Position numbers and translations under genes: made by a program. From assembly GCA_045110495.1 (NCBI GenBank), contig JBGCGE010000010.1, positions 69,376-133,375 on the forward strand: a stretch of DNA of 64,000 bases. Reading direction: 5' to 3'. This stretch comes from Gammaproteobacteria bacterium (GTDB lineage: Bacteria > Pseudomonadota > Gammaproteobacteria > CAJXQU01). Of this stretch, positions 41,501 to 52,600 are shown piece by piece (position 1 is the first letter of the stretch; each line of letters begins with the position of its first letter). The notes beneath the pieces were generated by a model that saw only the letters and a list, made by a program, of their open reading frames with translations, was not told the DNA's origin and searched no databases.

Positions 41501-42663
41501 TTATAATTTTCAGGACTACCGCTAAGTTGCAGCGTTCCTTGATCAGTTTTTATATCTGGCTCACCATCTAGTGGCCAACGTAATTTTTGCCAGTGACCAT
41601 TGAGATTTAGTTGAGGAATATCAGTAAGTTGAACTTCACCATTTAGATCTATAAAAGCCTCAATTTCATTAGACTTGATGTTTAAATTATTTAGTTTGAT
41701 TTCATTGGCTGTCGGTTGTTCCAGGTCAATATTTCCATTCCAGATACCAAATTCTTCACTGCTGATCAGATAGTCTCCAATAAGCTTTATTTGTTCAAGA
41801 TTACCGCTGGCTTCTAATCCCGTAGCAAAAGATATTGCAGGCAAATCTGCTTTAATTTTTTGTATTTGAAACTGATCAGCTTTAACAATAGCGTTCCAAT
41901 ATAAATCGGTTAGTGGTTGCTTTATTTTTGCGTTAACTGAAAGTTCTTCGGGTGAAATTAAACTTTGAGAAATTATTAATTTTTGAAGATCGCCAGATAG
42001 TTTTCCTGCACCAGTTAATTCAGGAAGATCGGGTAACTTGACATTCCACTGAATCTCAAAATCTAATGGGTAATGATCACGCGTTTCAACAATGCCTGAA
42101 ATTTCAGTTGTGATTTCGATATCCCCCGTTTTCATTGCTATCTGGAAAGGATCAATCTGGATTGCTTTTTGATCTGCGTCGAGTGAAAAAGTTATTCTAT
42201 CGAGTGTTTGAGTCGTGGTATTTTTCTGTGAATAATACGCTGCATTTGTAAGCAAAAATTTTTCTATCGTAATCGGAAAAGGTAACTGAAAATCAGGTAA
42301 TTCAAAGGGTTCATCTGAAGGTGGTTTCGTTGAGTAATCATTGATCTTAATACTATCAACATTGATTAGATTGATATGTAATTCAGGAACGAGTTTTAAA
42401 TTCAACAAGTCGGCCGGTTGCCATTCAAATTCAAATTTGTCGATAGAAATTTCGAGCTCATCGAGAGAAATTTTCAAGTCATCGAATTGTAATTTGTCGC
42501 TTAATCTACCTTTAAAACCAGATGCGGATATTTGATCTGAATATTGTTCGCTAATGGTTTTCCAGACGAGTTGTGTACCTTTTTCTGTACCGATAAAAAG
42601 AATGCCGATCAGTAGCAATGTGATCAGAATAGCCAGCGTAGTTAGTACACGCCAGATAATCAC
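38542..42663 (-). CDS. tamB: Translocation and assembly module subunit TamB
   Basis: 1373 aa with an N-terminal TM anchor, a long beta-rich body and a DUF490-like C-terminus (LKLRYDLSKRWSIEADSG). ATGA overlap with tamA. Confidence 0.8.
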   Translation of the reverse strand: MIIWRVLTTLAILITLLLIGILFIGTEKGTQLVWKTISEQYSDQISASGFKGRLSDKLQFDDLKISLDELEISIDKFEFEWQPADLLNLKLVPELHINLINVDSIKINDYSTKPPSDEPFELPDFQLPFPITIEKFLLTNAAYYSQKNTTTQTLDRITFSLDADQKAIQIDPFQIAMKTGDIEITTEISGIVETRDHYPLDFEIQWNVKLPDLPELTGAGKLSGDLQKLIISQSLISPEELSVNAKIKQPLTDLYWNAIVKADQFQIQKIKADLPAISFATGLEASGNLEQIKLIGDYLISSEEFGIWNGNIDLEQPTANEIKLNNLNIKSNEIEAFIDLNGEVQLTDIPQLNLNGHWQKLRWPLDGEPDIKTDQGTLQLSGSPENYKINLQTSINQADIGDVTLSLNGHGDDQKFIIDDFVSKLLSGQLKSKGQVNWGEAPMSFDLSGDWDNIVWQQTVENDTQSIKSPNGNFKVSGQPEDYFIKLQTAVDHPQIVVNDLIISGKGTSSDFDLSSLHADLLNGEIDLVGKVGWGEKIVWDFQLEGKNIDPGKLPGELENKWPGKLDISSAISGHKVGEQLSAIVENTSVNGDLRGYPVNALAELELINDLINIKTLKLLSGNSELKASGQAGEKFDLVWSLDSPDLKQIAPEADGQLNAQGTVKGSMTSPSVAATLKVGNIKLPDLQIGEVTSKINLDLSQDENKNLNDDQKFDIQIHSSRLTLGENNIDDIDLTTSGSLAAHTLKVSVEQDQNNLLFVTKGGLKNEVWSGVIEEISIKESKLGLWKLTSPEKLIASSQKVDLEKLCLTQKQASLCAGLHWNIDSGWNTNSELTQIPLTLLSAFMPEDMNLAGTVSSTLAASGVGSKNIRANLNLTTSKGSITLANADPENGNRFEYNPSSLEVVMDASKTEASLLFDLVQPTNSPIKASIETTSFDPANVDFKTLPLSGQVTTKIEDLGFIQVFTPEVEDLKGNLDVDLRLTGTVSKPVIKGHTKLAAEVFLPSAGIQLKDIKLDVTSPNNKTLALQAQMKSGEGQLDLSGTVGLDSLTSDSKTKSEFPVKLEIKGDRFELLNLPEAWVLMSPKINIISQNNNLDITGEVAIPEANLEPQQIASAVPVSKDVVIIDQQETPEEGSTGMSITTDIKVTLGDKISLASTGFSGALKGNLHIVSMPDKPITGTGEINIVDGQYSAYGQKLDIDGGKILFAGGPIDSPNLDLKAIRKAKSVTAGVHVTGPATEPVLTLFSKPSMNQDDILSYVMIGRPLSEATSGDSSLLVGAAQSLGFKGGEMLTENIGQQFGLDEFSIDGDSADDASVKLGKYLTPKLYISYGIGIFDSVAQLKLRYDLSKRWSIEADSGTNSGMDFLYKYEK

Positions 42664-44426
42664 AGATCTGGCCCAATCCTGATATGTAGACGAACAGGCT
42701 TATCTGGATCTGAAATGCCTGATGCAAGATCGACTCTGACAAGGCCAACAGGCGAGAACCATCGGACACCAAAGCCGACGCCATATTCAATCTCATCATC
42801 GAAATCATTAAAGGAATTACCTGCGTCAACAAAACCTGCTAACGCCCACTTCTCTTTAATGCGGTGTTCATATTCAAAGCTTCCGACGGCTAAATATTTA
42901 CCACCAACGATATCTCCATTGCTGTCTCTGGGACCGAGATCTTCATAGTCAAAACCACGAATACTATTATCACCACCGGCAAAGTATCTTAGGGATGTTG
43001 GCATTTTGTCAAAATCGCTGACACTGGTGGCACCGATATTTCCGCGTACAATTACACGACCATTCTTCCAAAAAGACCGAATGTATTTGCCATTTAAACT
43101 GGCTTGTATAAGCGTCACATCAGATAGGATATTTTCAGAGGCACCACGAATATTAAGATCAACATGAAAACCATTTTTTGTGTATGTCGGGCTGTCTGTT
43201 TCAGTCATGCTCCAGGTGATGCCCGGGAGTAAAAGTTGAGAGCTTCTTTCAGTTCTGCCGATTTCAAAATTTTCTATCAAATAAGAAATATTGATCGCTT
43301 CATCCCAGCCCCAACGTTTTTGTCGGTAATTTACCGCTAAATTTAATGTGTCGCTTCTACTGGTGTCTGTGTCTTCTCGAGAAAGACCGCCACCAAAGTC
43401 CAGTTCAACGCCTTTTTTAGGAAAGTGTGGCAGGGTGTAATTTGTTGTCATGGTTGATAAAACTGGCGATAGTTTTATATCAGCACTAGCTCGATGGCCG
43501 TACTCATTAATATAGCGACTTTTCCAGCCGAACTTTATTCGAGGACCCGTATCAGTTCCGAAGCCGACTCCAGCAGTATAGCGATTGCGTTTTTTCGGCG
43601 TTAATTTAACTTGAACAGGAACCGAATTCTTAGAGATTAGTTCTTGTTTTGGACGGACTTCTACATCTTCAAAATAGTCTGTGTTTGATAAGCTTTGTTG
43701 CAGTTTCACCAATAAGCTATTTTCATAAGGCTGGCCTTCTTCAAACGATTGTAGTTTTAGCAAGGTCGCGTAACTGATCGGCGATTTTGAATAACGAACC
43801 TCACCAAACGAATATCGATTTTTACTATTAAAATGAAGCGTCACTTTTGCCGTATTCTTTTCCAGATCAACTTCAACTTTATTTTCTGAGAAAGTGGCAT
43901 CAAAGTAGCCACGCGATGCGGCTAAACGTTGTATGTCTTTTTTACTCTTTTCATATAAACCATGGTGCATTACATCACCAGATTGAATGGGGAATTTCGC
44001 ACGTAGTTTTTCAAATGCTTGATCATTATTTGCATCACCGAAAAATTGTAGATCTAATGTACCAACCGTAAGTGGTGCTCCAGCATCAATTTCGTAGTGA
44101 GCTTGCCAGATTCCTTCAACTTTATTGAGTTCGGATCGGATAGTCGGTTTGTAATAACCCAAAGCTTGTAAAGCAATTTTGATCTCTCGCTCAGCTTCTT
44201 TATGAAGCTTTTTGATACTGCTTTCGGTTAAACGTGGATTATCTTTTTGTCTTTCTAAACTCAGGGAAGTTAGAATGTTTTCTAGCAGTGAATCTCCGAC
44301 ACCACCAATAGTAATACTGACATTTTCTTTGGCGTATGCAGCCAGAGCTATACCTGAATTAATAGACATACTAATGGCTAATATAAAAACGATTCTATTT
44401 ATAAGAAAGAAATTTTTAACGTTCAA
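42660..44426 (-). CDS. tamA: Translocation and assembly module subunit TamA (Omp85 family)
   Basis: Signal peptide, POTRA-like N-terminus and an Omp85 beta-barrel ending in RIGPDL-like aromatic-terminal strands. Confidence 0.8.
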   Translation of the reverse strand: MNVKNFFLINRIVFILAISMSINSGIALAAYAKENVSITIGGVGDSLLENILTSLSLERQKDNPRLTESSIKKLHKEAEREIKIALQALGYYKPTIRSELNKVEGIWQAHYEIDAGAPLTVGTLDLQFFGDANNDQAFEKLRAKFPIQSGDVMHHGLYEKSKKDIQRLAASRGYFDATFSENKVEVDLEKNTAKVTLHFNSKNRYSFGEVRYSKSPISYATLLKLQSFEEGQPYENSLLVKLQQSLSNTDYFEDVEVRPKQELISKNSVPVQVKLTPKKRNRYTAGVGFGTDTGPRIKFGWKSRYINEYGHRASADIKLSPVLSTMTTNYTLPHFPKKGVELDFGGGLSREDTDTSRSDTLNLAVNYRQKRWGWDEAINISYLIENFEIGRTERSSQLLLPGITWSMTETDSPTYTKNGFHVDLNIRGASENILSDVTLIQASLNGKYIRSFWKNGRVIVRGNIGATSVSDFDKMPTSLRYFAGGDNSIRGFDYEDLGPRDSNGDIVGGKYLAVGSFEYEHRIKEKWALAGFVDAGNSFNDFDDEIEYGVGFGVRWFSPVGLVRVDLASGISDPDKPVRLHIRIGPDL

Positions 44427-44435
44427 AACAACTGG

Positions 44436-45077
44436 TTATTGATCAGTTTTATTAGATGATGTGATTTTTAGAAGTTTACTTAAAGCAATTAGTAGACCGA
44501 GACAAATAAACGCACCCGCAGGTAATGATGCCAGAATAAAGGCTTTATTATTTTGTGCAAGCTTGAGGGAAAATATTTTACCAGACTCACCAGTGAGTAA
44601 TTCTATGTCTTTAAATAAGCTACCGTGAGCAATCAGTTCTCGAAAAGCGCCTAACACGACTAAAACCAGAAAAATTGCAAAGCCATGAAAAGCCGCATCT
44701 CTAACAGATCTTATAATGTTGTTTTGTGATGCAAAGACAATGATTCGATCAAGGATAAGGCAATTGACGGCAATAATGAGTAGATAAATACCAAGTGCAG
44801 ATCTTAAATCTGGAAACCAGGCCTGCATAAGCAGATCAATAATTGTAACGAGTGTTGCCGTTATCAAGACATAGCAGGGGATGGCTGCGGGTGGTGGAAT
44901 AAAATAACGAGTGGTCGAGACAATTAACGATGTGATCGTCAGAACGATAAAAAAAATAATACCGAGACTGATGCTTAAGGTAAGTGAATATGAAATGGCA
45001 AGCAACGGACTCAAACCGATCATACGAAACAAGACGGGATTGTCATGTAATAAGCTGCGGAAGGTTTGATCTTTCAT
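44436..45077 (-). CDS. rnfE: Rnf/Rsx electron-transport complex subunit E
   Basis: NPVLFRMIGLSPLLA, IAVNC and LPAGAFICLGLLIA align with RsxE/RnfE rather than NqrD. Confidence 0.75.
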   Translation of the reverse strand: MKDQTFRSLLHDNPVLFRMIGLSPLLAISYSLTLSISLGIIFFIVLTITSLIVSTTRYFIPPPAAIPCYVLITATLVTIIDLLMQAWFPDLRSALGIYLLIIAVNCLILDRIIVFASQNNIIRSVRDAAFHGFAIFLVLVVLGAFRELIAHGSLFKDIELLTGESGKIFSLKLAQNNKAFILASLPAGAFICLGLLIALSKLLKITSSNKTDQ

Positions 45078-45694
45078 GGTTTTGTTACCGATTGGTCTGG
45101 CACAGGCATAGCCCAGATTTTTTCTTTTTCACGATTATAAAATGCAAGGCATTTCTCTACGGCTTTAATCACTGCATTAGAGCTAATAGTAGCACCGGAT
45201 ATGTGGTCAACGTTTAAAATTTTATCTTCATCAGTGTAAGCATGAGATGAACCAACAAAGCGTTTTAACCAATCTGAAACATTTTGATCGATAGCATCCC
45301 CAAATCCGGGCGTTTCGTTATGTCCGAGTACCTTTATTTCTAAGATTGTTCCTGCATAATCTAAACTGATCGCTAATTGAATGAGGCCATTGTAGCCATT
45401 AGGCGCAAGCGGAAAAATAACGATCCCTTGAGGCAGGTTTTTATTTCTCGCACGATAAACAGGCACAGGATTAGCCGACCCTAAATCGCCCAGAGAAGCC
45501 AATTCAATCTTGTCGTTTATAAGATCATTATCGTATTCCAAAGGCATTAATTTTTTGATCAATGAATGTTGTTGTTTTGTTTGAATCTGGCTGATGGGAA
45601 GCCGTGTGTCATTATAAAAATAATGCGCGATCAAAAAGCCAGATAAGATAAATAACAGCAATGGTAAAATTAATGAAATCCGAGAAAAATTCAT
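45074..45694 (-). CDS. rnfG: Rnf/Rsx subunit G (FMN-binding)
   Basis: 206 aa with an N-terminal TM and the DHISGATISS flavinylation motif. ATGA overlap with rnfE. Confidence 0.75.
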   Translation of the reverse strand: MNFSRISLILPLLLFILSGFLIAHYFYNDTRLPISQIQTKQQHSLIKKLMPLEYDNDLINDKIELASLGDLGSANPVPVYRARNKNLPQGIVIFPLAPNGYNGLIQLAISLDYAGTILEIKVLGHNETPGFGDAIDQNVSDWLKRFVGSSHAYTDEDKILNVDHISGATISSNAVIKAVEKCLAFYNREKEKIWAMPVPDQSVTKP

Positions 45695-45710
45695 AATGAA
45701 TTAGCCAAAC

Positions 45711-46685
45711 TTACTCAGGTGCTTGAGGCCGAAAAAAGTGATCAAGCACGGGAGAAGCCGCATTCATCATTAAGATGGCGAAAGCTGCGCCTTCTGGATA
45801 TGCGCCCCAGGTTCGAATCACATAAATAACGATACCGATCGAAAACCCATAGATAAAACGTCCTTTTTTAGTGCTCGGTGAGGTGACTGGATCGGTTGCA
45901 ACAAAAAAAGCACAGAGCATCGTTGCGCCACCGAATAAGTGAAAAAAGACACCAGGATAATGATCGGCATCAGAAATTTGAAAAAGTACTGAAAAGAAAA
46001 CCAGTCCGCAGAGAACACCAACTGGAATATGCCAGCGGATAATCTTTTTTTGAATCAAAATTAATCCACCGATCAAAAAGCCGATGTTGATCCACTCATG
46101 ACCGGTAGAAGCAAAGCTTCCAAAAATGCCTGTGTTCTGGATCTCTGAGAGCATGTTTGAAAGTCGTAGGCTGGTTTGCAAGCTATCTAAAGGCGTTGCA
46201 CTACTTTGACCGTCAATAATGATTGACCATTGATTCATTTCTGCTGGAAAGCTGATCAATAGTGCAACAACACCTGCCATTGCAGGATTAAAAATATTGT
46301 TGCCCGTACCACCATAAGCATATTTTGCTAGCGTGATCGAAAAAGTGATCCCGATTAAAAGAATCCACCACGGAAGAAGAGGAGGAAGGGAAAGTGCAAA
46401 AATAAGCGCCATCACAGCACCGCTGCCGTCGAAAGAAAAAGTTTGTAGATTGTTGCCGCGGAGTTGATGCAAACCCACTTCCAGGATAAAGCCAAAACAA
46501 ATTGCGAGAACTATGTTGATAAATACACCGTATCCAAAAATAAAGGTGCTCAACAAGGTTCCGGGGATAAGGCAAAAACCGACCATAAACATGGCCCGCT
46601 GGACAGAGGGGTTTACCAACCAGTAGTCTTGAATCTGCAGTATCTTCTGCAAGCCGTCAGCTTGTTGATCTGTGCTTTTCTGCAT
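45711..46685 (-). CDS. rnfD: Rnf/Rsx subunit D
   Basis: Polytopic membrane protein with DGQSSATPLDS (resembling the SGAT flavinylation motif). The start is set at Met-48 of the track ORF (MQKSTDQQ) so the gene does not run into the ispG promoter or start. Confidence 0.7.
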   Translation of the reverse strand: MQKSTDQQADGLQKILQIQDYWLVNPSVQRAMFMVGFCLIPGTLLSTFIFGYGVFINIVLAICFGFILEVGLHQLRGNNLQTFSFDGSGAVMALIFALSLPPLLPWWILLIGITFSITLAKYAYGGTGNNIFNPAMAGVVALLISFPAEMNQWSIIIDGQSSATPLDSLQTSLRLSNMLSEIQNTGIFGSFASTGHEWINIGFLIGGLILIQKKIIRWHIPVGVLCGLVFFSVLFQISDADHYPGVFFHLFGGATMLCAFFVATDPVTSPSTKKGRFIYGFSIGIVIYVIRTWGAYPEGAAFAILMMNAASPVLDHFFRPQAPE

Positions 46686-46767
46686 AAGCGAAATGTACCA
46701 TTTTTTTGCTGATATAATCAGTACTGCGTTAGAATGATGATATTTTCTTTGAAGGGAAGGAAATTTT

Positions 46768-47985
46768 ATGCACGGAATCAAATCGCGCCGGGATTGTGTT
46801 GGCGTTAAAGTTGGTGAAATTACCATTGGTGGAGACGCACCTGTGGTTGTTCAATCAATGACCAATACTGACACCGCCGATGTGCTTGCAACTGTGAAGC
46901 AGGTGCAACAACTAGCAGCTGCTGGATCAGAATTGGTTCGGATCACCGTCAACAATGAGGCTGCCGCAAAACAGGTAGGCAAGATCAAAGACATGCTTGA
47001 TGCGGCCGGATGTGCCGTTCCATTGGTTGGCGACTTTCACTATATCGGTCATAAATTACTCACCAAATATCCCGAATGTGCTGAAGCACTGGCGAAATAC
47101 CGAATTAATCCCGGCAATGTAGGATTTGGGAAAAAACGCGATTCTCAATTTGCTGCCATGATCGAAACCGCGATTGAATATGAAAAGCCTGTTCGTATCG
47201 GTGTCAACTGGGGTAGTCTGGATAATGCATTAATCACCAAAATGATGGACGACAATGCAAAACTACCAACACCAAACTCTCCTGAATATGTTACTCAAGA
47301 GGCGCTGATAGCTTCTGCTATTGACAGCGCAAAACTTGCGGAAGATATCGGTTTGCCACGTAATAAGATAATCCTTTCGTGCAAAGTCAGTGGCGTTCAG
47401 GAATTGATCTCGGTTTATTCTGAACTCGCATCACGTTGTAACTATGCATTACATCTTGGCTTAACTGAAGCGGGTATGGGATCAAAAGGAATTGTTGCAT
47501 CAACCGCCGCGATGGGTGTTTTATTACAGCAAGGAATCGGTGACACGATTCGTGTTTCATTGACGCCAGAACCCAATGGTGATCGAACAAAAGAAGTAAT
47601 TGTGGCACAAGAAATTTTGCAGACGATGGGGATCCGATCATTCACTCCATTGGTTACAGCATGTCCGGGCTGTGGTCGCACGACCAGTACTTATTTCCAG
47701 GAATTAGCAGATTCTATTCAGGCTTATGTTAGAACCCAAATGCCAATATGGAAGGGTAAATATGAAGGAGTAGAAGATATGAGCCTGGCAGTAATGGGTT
47801 GCGTTGTGAACGGGCCAGGTGAAAGCAAGCAGGCCAATATCGGAATTAGTTTACCTGGTACTGGTGAAGCGCCAGTTGCGCCAGTATTTATTGACGGTGA
47901 AAAAGTAGTAACTCTGAGAGGCGATAATATTGCCGAAGAGTTCCAGGGAATGGTGGATCAGTATGTACAGACAAATTACTCATAA
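46768..47985 (+). CDS. ispG: 4-hydroxy-3-methylbut-2-enyl diphosphate synthase
   Basis: GcpE N-terminus ([28 protein letters not shown]) and a C-terminal CPGCGR 4Fe-4S motif. Confidence 0.9.
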   Translation: MHGIKSRRDCVGVKVGEITIGGDAPVVVQSMTNTDTADVLATVKQVQQLAAAGSELVRITVNNEAAAKQVGKIKDMLDAAGCAVPLVGDFHYIGHKLLTKYPECAEALAKYRINPGNVGFGKKRDSQFAAMIETAIEYEKPVRIGVNWGSLDNALITKMMDDNAKLPTPNSPEYVTQEALIASAIDSAKLAEDIGLPRNKIILSCKVSGVQELISVYSELASRCNYALHLGLTEAGMGSKGIVASTAAMGVLLQQGIGDTIRVSLTPEPNGDRTKEVIVAQEILQTMGIRSFTPLVTACPGCGRTTSTYFQELADSIQAYVRTQMPIWKGKYEGVEDMSLAVMGCVVNGPGESKQANIGISLPGTGEAPVAPVFIDGEKVVTLRGDNIAEEFQGMVDQYVQTNYS

Positions 47986-49645
47986 ACCCGTTATTTCAGG
48001 ATTTATAACTTCTAGAATAATTTTAGTTGGGCTACTTATTCTAATATCATTCTCGACCATCGCAACTGAAGTTGTTAAGCGAGAGAACAACCTTTCTGAC
48101 GAATGGATCTACACAGTTAAGCAAGGGGACAATCTCTGGAATTTAACGGAAGATTTTCTGGTTGATATACGCTACTGGCGCAAGCTACAAACGCTGAACA
48201 ATATTAATCAACCATCAAGAATGCGTCCCGGGTCGACCTTACGTATACCGCGAGAGTGGTCGCGTATTCGTCCATCAGAAGCAACAATAAAAAGTTTTTC
48301 TGGTGATGTAATCGTCACGGCTTCAGGAAACGAAAAAAACGTCTCAACTGATATGAAATTGGTCGCAGGAGATCAAATCCAGACTGGCTCTGAGGCTTTT
48401 GCAAAATTGATATTCGAAGATGGATCTATGCTTATCTTAAGAGAAAATAGTGAATTGATTTTGCAGACATTAGAATCCTATGGGAATAAAGATGTCTTTA
48501 ATACCAGATTGGAACTCAAACGTGGACGATCTGACAATCAAGTTAATCCTGATAAAAAATCAGGATCTCGTTTTGAGATAAATACACCTTCAGCGACGGC
48601 TGCAGTACGCGGAACAAGTTATCGAATAAATGTGATTGATCAAAAATCGATGACGACGGAAGTTCTGGAAGGTGAAGTTAATGTTGCAAATGAAACAGGA
48701 AAAACTGGAGTTGAAGGTGGTTTCGGCACGCTTGCTAAAAAAGGCGAACCTCCAACGCCTCCAGTCGTTTTATTACCGGCACCTGTGTTATCCCAATTAT
48801 CTGGCTCTGTTGATCAATTACCGATTAAATTCCAGCTGCCTGAGATAAAAGGTGCACAAGCTTATCGAGTTCAAGTAGCGTCTGATTCTAAATTTTTAGC
48901 ATTAGATTATGATGATTTATCACTAACAACATCCGCCAGAATTAATGAACTTAGCGATGGTAAATATTTCATGAAAGTTCGCGGTGTAGATATAAATTCT
49001 ATCGAAGGTTTTGATTCAAAACATGTGTTTGTATTGAATGCAAAACCGGAAGCTCCACTCATATTAGAACCGCAAAGTGGGCAAACTGTATCAAGCAATC
49101 ACCGCAAATTTAGCTGGACAAAAAATACCGATGCGAAGGCCTATCACTTTCAGTTGGCTAATAATCTAAACTTTGATCAACCACTTATTGATGTTTCAGA
49201 TTATAAGGAAACCAGCACTGACATTTCGCAGCCTTTATCACCAGGTAAATGGTTCTGGCGTGTCACAGCACTTGACGCAGAAGGCGCAGGCCCCGATGGA
49301 AGTGTAAATGAATTTCGAGTGATGAAACCTGGAGCTAAAATGGATGCCGCTTCAATAGATGAATCAGAAATTATTTTTCGCTGGTCTGTTAGTGATGAAA
49401 GTGATCGCTATCAGATCCAGATCGCAAGTGATAAAAACTTTGAGAAATTGCTCGTGAATAAAGAGCTTGATAAAGCCGAGTATATTTTTCCAAAACCAAA
49501 ATCAGCAAGCACAATATTTGTACGTATAAGAGTTATCGAATTTGATGGGTTTAAAGGTGCCTGGGGATCTGTGCAGCAGCTTAATATTCCGGGTGAAACT
49601 CTATTATGGCTACTCGGTCTTGTACCGCTTTTACTCTTTTTGTAA
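47963..49645 (+). CDS. LysM plus FecR-domain protein with Ig/FN3-like repeats and a C-terminal TM anchor
   Basis: LysM ([16 protein letters not shown]), a FecR-like region, and three repeats of about 90 aa. Its start overlaps the ispG 3' end. Confidence 0.6.
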   Translation: MYRQITHKPVISGFITSRIILVGLLILISFSTIATEVVKRENNLSDEWIYTVKQGDNLWNLTEDFLVDIRYWRKLQTLNNINQPSRMRPGSTLRIPREWSRIRPSEATIKSFSGDVIVTASGNEKNVSTDMKLVAGDQIQTGSEAFAKLIFEDGSMLILRENSELILQTLESYGNKDVFNTRLELKRGRSDNQVNPDKKSGSRFEINTPSATAAVRGTSYRINVIDQKSMTTEVLEGEVNVANETGKTGVEGGFGTLAKKGEPPTPPVVLLPAPVLSQLSGSVDQLPIKFQLPEIKGAQAYRVQVASDSKFLALDYDDLSLTTSARINELSDGKYFMKVRGVDINSIEGFDSKHVFVLNAKPEAPLILEPQSGQTVSSNHRKFSWTKNTDAKAYHFQLANNLNFDQPLIDVSDYKETSTDISQPLSPGKWFWRVTALDAEGAGPDGSVNEFRVMKPGAKMDAASIDESEIIFRWSVSDESDRYQIQIASDKNFEKLLVNKELDKAEYIFPKPKSASTIFVRIRVIEFDGFKGAWGSVQQLNIPGETLLWLLGLVPLLLFL

Positions 49646-49673
49646 TGAAAATAATAAAGCGCAGTTGTAGATC

Positions 49674-52600
49674 ATGAAACCTGATTTAGATCGAACAGGT
49701 AAAATATTACTTGGGCTGTTTTTGATCCTGATCACAGCCATTCTAAATTACTCACATCTCACTCAAAAACTTGATAACTTTATGTTTGACTCGCACCTGA
49801 ATTTTTGGTCGAGAGCGGCTTCAGAAGACATAGTGCTGGTTACGATTGATGATCGTAGTGTTGATCAGTTAGGACGATGGCCATGGCCGAGACGTTTCCA
49901 TGCAAAGCTTTTAGAAGCTTTAGAAGACAGTAAAGCGGTTTCGTTAGATATCATTTTTTCTGAAAATGATACGAATGATTCGGAGGGTGATCAGATCCTT
50001 GCCAAGGCTATTTCTAAGCATGGCAAAATAGTGCTACCAGTTGCGTTAACGACAGTTAGCTCAGAAATTCTTAAAGAAGGAGTTCCCGTTCTTAGTGAAT
50101 TAAAGTCATTACCTGTTTTTGATCGTGAAGCTGCGGGTAGAGGACATGTTGATGTCGAGTTAGAGGATGGAATTAGTCGCAGTATTTTTCTTAAAGGGGG
50201 AATGAACATACCAACAGTAAGTGCCTTGCCGTTGGCGATGATAGAGCTATATGATCAGATTGAAATTCCAGGACAGAGGAATACAAAACTGGAAATCGCA
50301 AAAAAGGATCGCGATAAAATTGAGCGGATTAATAGATCAGCTGAAAATAATTTAGCCGAGAATAAATGGATCAAAAACAAGTGGGTAAGAGACTATCGAA
50401 TCTTATTACCTTTTCCTGAAAACCCACAACATTTCAAAAAAATATCCTATATAGATGCTTTAGACCATCAATTTGATCGAAACATATTTACCGATAAATG
50501 GGTTTTGGTCGGTATGGATGTTACCGGACTAAGTGATCGCATTCCTACACCAGTCACTCACTCAGCGCAGTCTATGGCGGGTGTTGAGTTTGAAGCACAT
50601 GTTCTGGATATTTTATTAAACGATCTTTCTATTCAGCCATTAAATGATCATCAAAACTTCTTATTGTCTCTACCATTTTTAATTGCACTTGTATTACTGT
50701 TACATTTTTTTCGCGCTGAAAAGTCCTGGCTAGCAACGTTACTACCCGTACTCGCAATTATAATGTGTTGTCTTTTGTTATCTCGATCAGGTTTTCTTGG
50801 AACACACTTCTGGTTTAGACCAGGGTCCGCTTTAGTTGCACTTTTTATTGGTTATATTTTATTGCATCGGCAGCAATTGGCGGGCTTTCTTTTCTTTTTG
50901 AGACAAGAGAAAGAACATGCAGAAGTTGCGTTATCGACAGTTAGCAATGCCGTTGTCATAACCGATAATCTTGGAAGCGTGGCTTTTATGAACCCTGTCG
51001 CTGAAAGGTTAACGGGTTACGCATTTAAAGAGGTGCGAGGACAACCATTGTCGGATGTGGTGCAATTTCAAGATCATAATGGAGAGCCTTCGCAGATTGA
51101 TCTTTTTGCAAAAAGTCAAAGCACTCAAGACACAGTTGATCTCCCTGAGAATTACTTTCTCAAACAGCAGTCTGGGAGGCTCTTAGCCGTAAAGGCAAAT
51201 GCGAAACCTTTTGCAGGTGATGAGAAAGAGAATACAGGTGTCGTGGTTGCATTTGATCAAGAAAATTTACAACAACTACAAACGACGGATGTCATTGACA
51301 CACTTACCGGATTACCTGCATCGTCTTTACTAAACGATCGTTTAAAACATGCAATTTCTATCGCAAGCCGAACAAAGCGTTTAATCGCTGTTTTATATCT
51401 GGATATAGATAACTTTAAAAAAATTACGGATGGCGTTAGTACAAAAAATGTTGAGAGTTTACTAAAAGAAGCTGCATCACGGTTGACGGCTCGTGGGAGA
51501 AGTTGCGATACAGTCGCCAGAATAGAGGATGCGAATTTTGTTGTGGTATTAGAGAATCTAGAAGATGTCGATTCTGTAGCTTCGGTAGCAATGTCCTTAC
51601 TTGATGTTTTGGGAGAGCCTTTCAGGATTATGGATCGGGCGATTAGTGTAGAACGAAATATTGGTATCAGTATTTATCCTAAAGATGGTCTGGATGCGGA
51701 TACGTTGAAAAAAAATGCGTTAATAGCAATGCATCGAGCACGTAAAAGTCAGAAAGAAAATACCCCACAGTTTCGATTTTATTCACAAGAGATGAATAAA
51801 ACGACATTGAATCAAATGTTATCAAAAAAAGATCTACGCACTGCATTAACTGAGGATAATTTTGAGCTTTATTATCAACCTCGACTAGATTTACGTACAG
51901 GCAAAATCGTTACAGTAGAAGCTCTTATTCGATGGCGCCGAAAAACTGAGGATGGTGAAGAATTGCTTTTGCCCGGCAGTTTTATTCCATTAGCTGAGCG
52001 TTGTGGTTTGATTTCAGAGATCGGATCCTGGGTTTTAGAGACAGCATGTTTGCAGGCAAAGAAATGGCAAGAAACTGGTTTTCAGCACCCACGTATGGCG
52101 ATCAATTTATCGGATAGACAATTTTTGCAGCATGACTTGCTGGATACAATTGCCCGTGTTTTAGACAAGCTGGCGTTAGAACCACAGTTGCTTGAACTGG
52201 AAATCTCAGAAAGCACGCTACTCAGAAATGCGGATAGGTGTATTGAAATCCTTAAAGAGTTTAGAGCAGTTGGTGGCAAGGTTTCTATCGACGATTTTGG
52301 AGCAGATTATTCATCATTAAGTTACCTTGAAAGCTTTCCTGTAGATACATTGAAGATTGATAAGGTTTTTATCGACGATGTGTTACTAGAAAAGGAGCAT
52401 CAAGCAATCACGCTGGCTGTTATTAGTATGGCCCATAGCCTTAATTTGCGTGTTGTTGCCCAAGGTGTAGAAGCTAAGCCACAGTTTGATTTTCTACGTG
52501 GGAAAGGCTGTGATGAGTTACAGGGTGATTATTTTTCTAAGCCCTTGTCAGCGTTTGAGATGACAAAGATGTTAGAAAAAAATCAGGATATCGAACTTGA

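Noticed and set aside
45711-46826. Long N-terminal extension of rnfD in the ORF track (start at 46826)
   Set aside because: It would overlap the divergent ispG start by about 60 nt, and the extra 47 aa are non-hydrophobic and unlike RnfD N-termini. The internal Met at 46685 is preferred.
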